From positions 1-64,000 of IMG/VR virus record IMGVR_UViG_3300033066_000360: DNA of 64,000 bases, one strand, 5' to 3'. A model generated the notes under the pieces. The model saw only the letters and a program-made list of their open reading frames with translations. It was not told where the DNA came from and did not search any database. Positions 28,828 through 36,670 of the stretch are shown piece after piece. The position numbers and the translations under genes are program-made. Within the stretch, counting starts at the first letter, position 1, and each line of letters begins with the position of its first letter. The stretch comes from a virus (Duplodnaviria > Caudoviricetes).

Positions 28828-29615
28828 ATGGAAACAATGTGGGTTATTAAGCGGGATCGAGCCATTGAAGGTTCATCCGATATTATCTTTATTTGCAAGA
28901 CGGAACATACAGCAAGGTATCTTGTTGAAATACTGAAAGGAGCCGAGCAAAAAGCTCGCAAGTTCAATAAGACTCAATCTGTTACCATTGATAAGACTTC
29001 ATGGACAGTTAGTAGAGGAGATTCGTTTGAATACGACAGTTATCCAGTTTATTAGAGATATAGTTCTTGTGTTTGTTATCACTCTCCCGTTCTTTGCTAT
29101 CGGGCTTCTAATACAAATGGTTCATAAATTCAGGAGGAAATAATGGAAATTACAAATACAACCTACATCATTACATTCATCACAAAGGGTGGGTCTTATA
29201 ACACCACAATGTTTGATCCTGTTGATGGTGGTTATCAAGCAATTGATAAGTTTATCGCTGCCTACATGAAGGCAAACCCAAGTATTGTTGAACATACAAA
29301 GAGAATGGTCATTGGAACACCGGTTTTTAGAGAGCGTGCCATTGGAAAGGACTTCAATGATGTTTATGAGGTGGTCAAGTGAAAACAGCGGTGCAGTATC
29401 TCAATGCCGCAGATCGAGTATTCAAAATACAACAGGACTACAGGTTTGTCGGAGTTGACTATGAGCGAAGAGTTGGTCTAATCACAGAGGCAAAGAATCT
29501 TGCCGCCGAGTTTGGACTAGATCAGTCCATATACTTGGCGAATTGTACTCCAGAAGAGTATTTCCTTGGATTGGAAAGACTTCTTGGGAGAGCGGCAGTA
29601 GACGCTGTAGAATAA
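28828..29615 (+). other. small hypothetical genes (28828-29055, 29143-29382, 29379-29615)
   Basis: AGGAGG RBS before the first two; overlapping junction for the third. Confidence 0.55.
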
Positions 29616-29624
29616 AAGAATAGT

Positions 29625-29696
29625 GGGTTTGTAGCTCAATGGCAGAGCGGGAGACTTTTAACCTCCGCGTCGTAGGTTCGATTCCTACCAGACTCA
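29625..29696 (+). tRNA. tRNA-Lys(TTT)
   Basis: GGAG-A-CTTTTAA-C-CTCC. Confidence 0.88.
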
Positions 29697-29712
29697 TATA
29701 AAATTGAATAAA

Positions 29713-29784
29713 GGGTGTGAAGCGTCATGGCGATGCACTGAACTCCAAATCCAGCAACAGCAGGTTCGATTCCTGCCACGCCCG
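29713..29784 (+). tRNA. tRNA-Trp(CCA)
   Basis: CTGAA-CTCCAAA-TCCAG; acceptor GGGTGTG/CACGCCC. Confidence 0.87.
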
Positions 29785-29887
29785 TAGAGACTAGTGGAGG
29801 TTTCCAACCATCACGAATGCTCGAAGAGAAGCTTGGCTCTTAATAATTCAAGCAGTTCCGTGGGGTCAGCTTCAAGACTCCACAAAT

Positions 29888-29960
29888 GGCTACTTGGCCA
29901 AGTGGAAAGGCGTCTCCCTGCAAAAGAGATACCGCGCTGGTTCGATTCCAGCAGTAGCCT
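29888..29960 (+). tRNA. tRNA-Cys(GCA)
   Basis: TCTC-C-CTGCAAA-A-GAGA; U73. Confidence 0.88.
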
Positions 29961-30121
29961 CTTGGGGTGGATGAGAGCGAAAGCTTAAGGATCCTCAACT
30001 GTATATCCAGAACAGTGATTATGGACGTTTCCGAAGCCCGATAGCTCGGACGAGAGCCGTTGCTCGTAATAATGTCGGGAGTTGTTATGGGACCATTCTC
30101 TCTAAAATGAACGGCCCATAC

Positions 30122-30192
30122 GCGAATATGGCCGATAGGCTAGGCTCCACGCCTCCAACGTGGCTAGACGGGTTCGATTCCTGTTATTCGCT
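30122..30192 (+). tRNA. tRNA-Gly(TCC)
   Basis: CCACG-CCTCCAA-CGTGG. Confidence 0.85.
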
Positions 30193-30411
30193 TTTGCCGC
30201 ACATGTTCAGAGTCAATTCCACACCTAGGCAATATGGATGCGATATGACATGCTTACGCAATCCTTCTCTCTCTTCGGATCAGTAAGTAGGGACGGACAC
30301 CAGCACCGGCAAGGCTAACGCTGGATTTTGCTAGTTACTACAAATTAGCTCTTATCCTTTCACTGTTGTAAAGGACGCTTTGGCCATTGTGCAACGTTAA
30401 CAATGGCACAT

Positions 30412-30483
30412 GATCTAGAAGCTCAATGGACGAGCAAGATTTTCCTAAAATCTGGGCTGTGGGTTCGAGTCCCATCTAGATCT
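30412..30483 (+). tRNA. tRNA-Arg(CCT)
   Basis: AGATT-TTCCTAA-AATCT. Confidence 0.9.
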
Positions 30484-30555
30484 TAGCCAACCGCGTGGTT
30501 GGTGAAGAGGGTAGAGGTTTTTATTCAGGGTTATCTTTCCAGCTGCCCGTGGTGA

Positions 30556-30849
30556 TTGAGCCTTTACCCTCTTAGTCTTTTTCAGGAGGAACTTATGAAT
30601 GACAGAACATGGGCATTTCTAGAAGCAATCAAGAACATGGCGCTTAGCATTATGCCGCTATATGTCGCGTTTGAGAATGATAAATTCCGCTTAGATCTTG
30701 TCGTAGAGATGAGACAAATGGAACAAACCCTCAAAAAGCTACATGCCAGTATCAAGAAGTCGGGGACTTGGGGGGCATCCGAGAGGGAACAGTACATTAC
30801 TATCGACAAGAGAATGGATGAGATACTGTATATCGGTGAAAGGGGCTAG
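30556..30849 (+). CDS. hypothetical protein
   Basis: Likely start at MNDRTW after GGAGG; its stop codon overlaps the 5' strand of mini-tmRNA A. Confidence 0.5.
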   Translation: MSLYPLSLFQEELMNDRTWAFLEAIKNMALSIMPLYVAFENDKFRLDLVVEMRQMEQTLKKLHASIKKSGTWGASEREQYITIDKRMDEILYIGERG

Positions 30850-30911
30850 AAAGGCATTCGACAGCGAGAGTGGGTTCAAACGGCCCAGTCTTATACCCGA
30901 TACTTTCGTTG

Positions 30912-31008
30912 GGGGAAGAAGGGTTTCGACGGTAAGTGATGGCATAAATGGACTTGTCTAAAACCCAGATGATCTTATCGGACGCAGGTTCAACTCCTGC
31001 CTTCTCCA
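30912..31008 (+). ncRNA. ssrA: mini-tmRNA B (97 nt, tRNA-like domain only)
   Basis: GGGGAAG-AAGGGTTTCGAC 5' end; P2 GGTAAG/CTTATC; 3' end GGACGCAGGTTCAACTCCTGCCTTCTCCA closely matches the tmRNA 3' consensus; G3-U70. Confidence 0.72.
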
Positions 31009-31412
31009 TATAAAGAGGAATATGTTGCAATTATTTTAAGCGCAAATTCATACGCATCTTTAGCGCGTATTCCTGATTTTGGGGGCTTTGTCCAAAGCTC
31101 AAGATTATCTGGAGAATTGTCATCACGAATGCCATTCTTATGATGAACCGTTTCTTCCGGAAGCAGATATCTTCCAATCATGGATTCCATGACCAAGATG
31201 TGTTCAAAAATATAATGTCCCTTTCGGGGATGTCCGGGTGGACGAAGAATGAGCTTGTAGCCCTTTTTATGCAAAGATCCTTTGCTTTTCTTTCTCTGAA
31301 AACTGGCTCTTTCTAGGTTAAAGCATCTAATACACGACTTGGCTCTAATTCCGCATTCCTGTCCACAAATCGGACAAGTCTTTTTGCGATTCCAACTCTT
31401 TTGTTTATTCAT
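30990..31412 (-). CDS. HNH homing endonuclease with N-terminal zinc finger, antisense to the RNA array
   Basis: CPICG...CIRC, EHILVMESMIGR, VHHKNGIRDDNSPDNLELW. Confidence 0.9.
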   Translation of the reverse strand: MNKQKSWNRKKTCPICGQECGIRAKSCIRCFNLERASFQRKKSKGSLHKKGYKLILRPPGHPRKGHYIFEHILVMESMIGRYLLPEETVHHKNGIRDDNSPDNLELWTKPPKSGIRAKDAYEFALKIIATYSSLYGEGRS

Positions 31413-31473
31413 ATAGGGAATTATACACGGATTAATGGGTTTGATTCCCCGCTAGTCCACTAATAGGAGGAAC

Positions 31474-31995
31474 ATGATCTTTGAGGTGGAGATCCGCAAG
31501 AAGGTCTTTGAATTCGGATATGTCCGAGTAGAAGCCAAGAATGAAGAGGAGGCTCTTCAAGTTGCCCAAGACATTGCAGATGGTGATGAAGATGGGATTG
31601 AATGGGATTCCATGACGGAAGCAATCGAAGACTCTCTAGAAGCAAGAAATCCTGCCGAGTGGACTAACAACGTCATGATTGGCGACAGAATGGCTGTCCC
31701 GGTCCTGCAAGAAAACGGCTCCTATATATTGGAGTAAGGAGGAGTGATGATCGAGTTTCTTAAACGCAAGGGCTTTGCTCTTGTTCCTGAGTGTGGCCCA
31801 GATTATTGGCACAAGACATTTCCAATCGGAAATATTGTCTGGAGAATCAGCGTCTCTTTTGACGATTGGGGAGTGCAATTCATCTCTATTGGCGGGACCG
31901 ATAGGGGATGTGTCACTCTTTTCAGGGAAGACATGAAGCTTCTTCTACCCATTCTTCGAACAATGACCCTTCTCATGGGAAAGAATGAAGTGTAG
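31474..31995 (+). other. two hypothetical genes (31474-31737, 31744-31995)
   Basis: AGGAGG RBS. Confidence 0.55.
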
Positions 31996-32004
31996 AATGG
32001 CCGT

Positions 32005-32077
32005 AGTCCTATGGTCAAATGGTATGACGGAATGCTCTGAACATTCAAGTCGTTGGGTTCAATTCCCCGTGGGACTG
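32005..32077 (+). tRNA. tRNA-Gln(CTG)
   Basis: GAATG-CTCTGAA-CATTC. Confidence 0.85.
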
Positions 32078-32228
32078 CTATAGGAGATAAATATGTTTCA
32101 ATGTATCGGAAGTGATGCGTATTGCTTGGCTGCAATCAAGCTTACGGAAAACATCTTTTGGGGCGTGGTTCTTGTAGTGGTTCTCTTCGGAGTTGGCTAC
32201 TGGTTCTACAGACTCATAAAGGATTTGT

Positions 32229-32301
32229 AGTCTCTTAGCTCAATTGGCAGAGCGGAACACTTTGAATGTTTAGGTTAGTGGTTCAAGTCCACTAGGGACT
32301 G
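32229..32301 (+). tRNA. tRNA-Gln(TTG)
   Basis: GAACA-CTTTGAA-TGTTT; acceptor AGTCTCT/AGGGACT. Confidence 0.88.
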
Positions 32302-32329
32302 TAAATAGGAGGAAATATGTATAAGATCT

Positions 32330-32707
32330 ATGGAGAAATGCACAGAGCCTTCCCTTATTAATTATGATGATCGCTTTAAGCTTTACCATCTGAGTGATGA
32401 CTTTGCATGGTTTACGACCGGAGATCCATACGAGTATTGTTCTACGGAGGACGTTGGTCGGGGAAGGGATCCAATAATTCCCAAGGATTCTCAAGATGAG
32501 TTCTTGAGAATTGCCTTTGATGTTCCATATGGAATATTCTTTTCAGAACGCAATACAATGGATTGTGTCAATGGAACTGCCAATTGGCTTGAAACGGAGG
32601 ATGAAACAGAAGTGCTTAGGGGGAAGGATATCCCAGTAAGCAAGTTTTGCGGGGCCATTCTTGCCAGCGGTGGTGAGCTTTGGTTCCCATTGGGGAAGCA
32701 ACTTTAG
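32330..32707 (+). CDS. hypothetical protein
   Basis: Similar in-window to 49269-49670 (AWFTTGD..Y vs AYFTTQ..W; ASGGELWFP vs KSGGMVYLP). Confidence 0.55.
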   Translation: MEKCTEPSLINYDDRFKLYHLSDDFAWFTTGDPYEYCSTEDVGRGRDPIIPKDSQDEFLRIAFDVPYGIFFSERNTMDCVNGTANWLETEDETEVLRGKDIPVSKFCGAILASGGELWFPLGKQL

Positions 32708-32715
32708 GGAGGACT

Positions 32716-33699
32716 ATGGGATTAGCATATATTGGAAAAGTGATTCAAGTTCGCCCAATTGAGGGTGCAGACAGGATCCATTCCGTTCAAGTTGTGTGTG
32801 GTAAGGGTGGGATTTGGAATGGTGTTGCAAGTAAAGAAATAGTAGAAGGCAATCTTGTAGAAGTTTATCTTCAAGACGCAATTCTTCCAGATGGAGAAAG
32901 ATTCGACTTCATGGATAAATATCACCGTAGAGTATCTATGAAGAGATTCAAGGGCGCTCCTAGCGATTGTTTGATTATGTCTTTGGCAGATAGTACTGCT
33001 GATTTACTTGCTAAAAGCGCGCCTCTTTGGGTGGGATTCGACTTGACCGATCTTCTTGGCGTTAAGAAGTACGAGAAAGAGGTTATCTATGGACAGGGAG
33101 AGATTATGGGCGGATTCACTACTCTCCTTCCCAAGACAGATGAACCCAACTTCCAGTCTGTTCCAGATATCGTAAGGGAAACTTTTGCGTATCCATGGAG
33201 TGCAACTCTTAAGTACGATGGAACTTCTTGTACTATTCTAAAGACCGATGAGGGTGAATTGCAGGTCTTTTCTCGAAATATGCGCATTCGAGAGGGATCC
33301 AATAATTACTGGCGTATCGTAGATAAATATGATTTACGAAATGCCATTCTCCCCGGAGAAGCTTTCCAGATGGAAATTGTCGGACCTGGAATTCAGAAGA
33401 ATCCCCTTGGTCTCAAGGAGATTGATGCTTTTGTCTTCAATGCCTTTTGGGAATGGAAACCGGTCCATTATGTTAGGAATTTCCAGAGAATATTGATTCC
33501 GGCAGCAGAGGAAGTGTGTCGATATGGCCCAAGAGATGTTCCAAGCAACGAAGAGCTATGGAAACTTGCAGAAAGAACATATAAGAATGGGACTATTGCC
33601 GAAGGGGTTGTCATTCGGCCACAGCATGCAGACTTTCCAAGAAGCACAATGGGAGAACGGCTGTCTTTTAAGGTAATCAATCTTCTTTACGGGAAATAA
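32716..33699 (+). CDS. RNA ligase (Rnl2 / DRB0094 family)
   Basis: N-terminal IRPIEGADRI-type OB module, PKTDE, motif I KYDGTS, VFSRN, MEIVGPGIQKNP, motif IV EGVV, motif V FKVIN. Confidence 0.9.
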   Translation: MGLAYIGKVIQVRPIEGADRIHSVQVVCGKGGIWNGVASKEIVEGNLVEVYLQDAILPDGERFDFMDKYHRRVSMKRFKGAPSDCLIMSLADSTADLLAKSAPLWVGFDLTDLLGVKKYEKEVIYGQGEIMGGFTTLLPKTDEPNFQSVPDIVRETFAYPWSATLKYDGTSCTILKTDEGELQVFSRNMRIREGSNNYWRIVDKYDLRNAILPGEAFQMEIVGPGIQKNPLGLKEIDAFVFNAFWEWKPVHYVRNFQRILIPAAEEVCRYGPRDVPSNEELWKLAERTYKNGTIAEGVVIRPQHADFPRSTMGERLSFKVINLLYGK

Positions 33700-33700
33700 T

Positions 33701-34021
33701 ATGGGCTGGATTGGTGTTGACTTAGATGGAACACTTGCGGAATATGGGGGCTGGAAGGGGCCAAACAACATCGGCCTGCCGGTTCCTAAGATGTTAAAGC
33801 GTGTCCAGAAATGGCTGAAGGAGGGCGCAGACGTAAGAATCTTCACGGCCAGAGCCTATATTCCTGAGCAGATTCCGCCGGTTCAGGCGTGGTGCGAGAA
33901 GCATCTTGGTGTGATTCTTCCCGTCACGAATGTAAAGGATTTCGGTATGTCCGAACTTTGGGATGACCGCGCCATACAGGTTATTCCGAATACCGGCGAA
34001 AGAGTGGACGGAAAGATATGA
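33701..34021 (+). CDS. HAD-superfamily phosphatase (PNK 3'-phosphatase-like)
   Basis: IGVDLDGTL, IFTAR, LWDDRA. Confidence 0.8.
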   Translation: MGWIGVDLDGTLAEYGGWKGPNNIGLPVPKMLKRVQKWLKEGADVRIFTARAYIPEQIPPVQAWCEKHLGVILPVTNVKDFGMSELWDDRAIQVIPNTGERVDGKI

Positions 34022-34242
34022 AAGAGTATAAAGATACCGGATATTTCGTAACAAGAGCGGGCGTCGTTGTCGGAAAGCGGGGAAAGATACTGAGCCAGTT
34101 TTTTGACTCGCGAAAGAAACTTTGCGTGGAAATCTTCTACGGCAACGGAATGAGCCGACAGACACGGGTGCAGGATATGGTCTATGAACTTTATGGGACA
34201 GGAAAGAAACCTAAGACCAGGAAGCGCAGAATAACACTATGA
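34018..34242 (+). CDS. small protein resembling an HNH-endonuclease N-terminal fragment
   Basis: YFVTRAGVVVGKRGKIL...RVQDMVYELY resembles NUMOD4-HNH N-termini but has no HNH motif. Confidence 0.35.
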   Translation: MKEYKDTGYFVTRAGVVVGKRGKILSQFFDSRKKLCVEIFYGNGMSRQTRVQDMVYELYGTGKKPKTRKRRITL

Positions 34243-34658
34243 AAGAAAAGTGGAAACTTGCGATGGAGAAAAGAGACACAAGAAACCGGCACAAGATATT
34301 CGTGTATGGGAGTAATCTGGCGGGAAGAAACGGAGCCGGAAGCGCCTTGCACGCCAAGAAGTATTTCGAGGCTAAAAATGGCGTCGGATTTGGTAGGACG
34401 GGAAACGCATACTCGATTCCGACGAAGGATAGTTCCCTTAACCCGCTTTCCCTAAAAACTATCCGGGAATACGTTACCGAGTTTCTACGCTACGCTTCCG
34501 AACACCCCGAACTGGAATTCTTTGTGGTCGCCATCGGAACGGGTCTGGCGGGTTATTCCCACGAACAAATCGCGCCGATGTTTAAGTACGCTCCGCCAAA
34601 CTGCGAGTTACTGCCGGAATGGATAAGGATCAATAACAATGGAAAAGTGGGAAATTGA
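34239..34658 (+). CDS. A1S_2505-like phage protein (macrodomain-like)
   Basis: IFVYGSNLAGRNGAGSA, GRTGNAYSIPTK, IGTGLAGY, IAPMF. Confidence 0.8.
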   Translation: MKEKWKLAMEKRDTRNRHKIFVYGSNLAGRNGAGSALHAKKYFEAKNGVGFGRTGNAYSIPTKDSSLNPLSLKTIREYVTEFLRYASEHPELEFFVVAIGTGLAGYSHEQIAPMFKYAPPNCELLPEWIRINNNGKVGN

Positions 34659-34697
34659 GGAGCGAAGGAACAAAGAGCGAACGGACAGAAAGCATAG

Positions 34698-34868
34698 ACA
34701 GCGTGCATTCCAGAGCAAATCCCCGCTGTTGAAGCATGGTGCTTTAATTGGCTTGGAGTTCGACTTCCGGTAACAAATGTCAAGGATATTGCAATGATTG
34801 AATTGTTGGATGACAGAGCAATACAGATTATTGCGAATACCGGACTAAGAGCAGATGGAAAAGAATAG
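34698..34868 (+). pseudogene. start-less C-terminal copy of the HAD phosphatase
   Basis: Translates TACIPEQIPAVEAWCFNWLGVRLPVTNVKDIAMIELLDDRAIQIIANTGLRADGKE*, homologous to the end of 33701-34021; preceded by an in-frame TAG. Confidence 0.8.
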
Positions 34869-34939
34869 CCCTACCGGGCAGAGTGAGGCTAGGATTCGTA
34901 TTCGACTAGCCTTATTCTTATTAATGGCGAATACAATAG

Positions 34940-35578
34940 GTGATTATGACATTAACTCGACTTGAGCGGCTTTCCCTTGTTTATAGTCTCTTGACAAAGA
35001 CATTTGGACCTACTGCTCATAGATTTGTTGGGCCTGTCTGCTGGTATACGAATCCACAAAGCAGCTTGCCTCAGATTATCAAAGTATGCCCTGATCCACT
35101 CGACAGAGAGACAATTTCTCTCGTGGCCCATATTCTTGGAGTGTCTCCTACAAGACAAATGGTAAACGAGCCTCGCGTCTGGGCCTCAGAAAAAATTGTC
35201 GAAAGAGGATTGCTAGAACCAGACGTTCTGGCATTTGGGATCGGTGAGGGATTGGGGATGGCGCGTTCAGTGGGATACGAACTTACCGATGTAGATGCTC
35301 TTGTTTTACATGATAAAGTCCGCCCACTTTACAGCAAGAACACAGAGACAGATGTTATTAGAGAGGCTTGGCTTTCTGCTGTACCCGGCATGGCTGGATA
35401 TGCTTCTTGGCATTTACTTTCTTTTCTTTATTCCCCCTATCTTGGTGCAGATAAGACCATGACAATGATTGATTGCAGGGAGATTACAAAGGGAAGTTTT
35501 GAAAGACTTGAAAGGGTGGATCCCTTTGCCAAGGGATTGACTGTCCAAAAAACTGTTGATATACTTGTGGGCAGGTAG
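34940..35578 (+). CDS. hypothetical protein
   Basis: 212-aa ORF with RBS. Confidence 0.55.
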   Translation: MIMTLTRLERLSLVYSLLTKTFGPTAHRFVGPVCWYTNPQSSLPQIIKVCPDPLDRETISLVAHILGVSPTRQMVNEPRVWASEKIVERGLLEPDVLAFGIGEGLGMARSVGYELTDVDALVLHDKVRPLYSKNTETDVIREAWLSAVPGMAGYASWHLLSFLYSPYLGADKTMTMIDCREITKGSFERLERVDPFAKGLTVQKTVDILVGR

Positions 35579-35920
35579 AGGGAAACCTTGGCCTATTTAT
35601 TTCGGAGCGGGAGACAAGGTTCACTCCTTACTTGTCTCCCGTTTCCATTAGGAGAGATATGAACAAAGAGGCAAAAAGAATACTGATCGAGATACTACAG
35701 GACTACTATGATGGTGGAGACTCTAGCATATTCAATTTCTACGTCCCCTGGACTCCAGAGAGAGAGGAGTTTTTGAGGAGTATTAAGTCGGATACTGAAT
35801 GCGACTTTGAGTTGGTGATAGAAAGAGAGCAATCTCATATGAATCCTGAATCAATAATTATTCAGGGCATTGATACGGTAGTTCGATACTTTATTAAAGT
35901 GTTGAAAAAGGAGATTAAAG

Positions 35921-36670
35921 ATGAAATCAATAGTAAGGATGGGACTGGTGTTCTTCGCGTTGATATGCCTGTCGGGGATCCAAACCGCATCGGCACAGAG
36001 CGATTGTGATGGAATTCCATCGCAGCAATGTGCTCCACCATGCCCTGATGGATATGTATGTATAGACAATTGGATTCTGGAGAGGACGTATTATCGGCAT
36101 ACGGCAACACCAACTTCAACCCCGACCGATACCCCTACGCCAACCCCGACCGAGACCCCTACTCCAACCGACACGCCAACGGCATCACCGACCGCGACAT
36201 CTACGAACACACCTACAAACACGCCTTCGGCTACACCGACAAATACAAATACCCCCACGGCGACATGGACCGCTACCCCAAGCTCAACCCCAAGCCCAAC
36301 GCCTACATCCACCCATACGCCGACAAATACATCTACTTCGACCCCGACTCAGACGCCAACCGCTACCCCGACCAAGACCCCTACAGTGACTTCTACTCCA
36401 ACGAACACTGCAACGGCCACTCAGACACCTACTAATACTCCTTGGCCAACACCAACACCAACAGCGACATGTCTACCCAATCCATGGCCTGCTACGCCAG
36501 TCCCCGGACTGTTCTATTGCACTACTGGGATCTACGATGTAACCCCGTTGCCACCGTTGAATACTCCAACATCTACACCGGCTATGCTTGTGCCAAACTG
36601 CATGAACATTTACTGCGAGACGATTATTCCGCCCAAGGAAAAGGTATATCTACCTAAGGAGACAAAATAA
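35921..36670 (+). CDS. exported Cys-containing Thr/Pro-rich surface protein
   Basis: Signal peptide, Cys-rich N-terminus, about 100-aa TP/TPT repeat, C-terminal KVYLPK. Confidence 0.75.
   Translation: MKSIVRMGLVFFALICLSGIQTASAQSDCDGIPSQQCAPPCPDGYVCIDNWILERTYYRHTATPTSTPTDTPTPTPTETPTPTDTPTASPTATSTNTPTNTPSATPTNTNTPTATWTATPSSTPSPTPTSTHTPTNTSTSTPTQTPTATPTKTPTVTSTPTNTATATQTPTNTPWPTPTPTATCLPNPWPATPVPGLFYCTTGIYDVTPLPPLNTPTSTPAMLVPNCMNIYCETIIPPKEKVYLPKETK

Larger units (their letters stand above)
30843..31458 (+). ncRNA. split tmRNA-like tRNA-like domain A (5' part 30843-30910, 3' part about 31429-31458)
   Basis: GGGCTAG pairs with CTAGTCC-A (G3-U70); AAAGGCATTCGAC D-loop analogue; P2 AGCGAGAGT/ACTTTCGTT; T loop TTTGATT. 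Confidence 0.55.

Noticed and set aside
30843-31458. Group I intron in tmRNA A
   Set aside because: The HNH is antisense, the insertion is not in the T loop, and no P7 or other group I core elements were recognisable.
23669-32301. Theta (HDV-like) ribozymes at tRNA 3' ends
   Set aside because: In the spacers I inspected I could not build the nested P1/P2/P3 double pseudoknot starting at a tRNA 3' end; not excluded without a motif search.
23588-32494. ORF-track entries across the tRNA array (e.g. 24338-24520, 24559-24792, 25947-26168, 26529-26729, 27615-27812, 29482-29697)
   Set aside because: They are translations of tRNA genes or their antisense strands.
36058-36435. Alternative-frame repetitive ORFs over the Thr/Pro repeat and, at 60674-61229, the collagen repeat
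   Set aside because: By-products of low-complexity coding repeats in the real genes.
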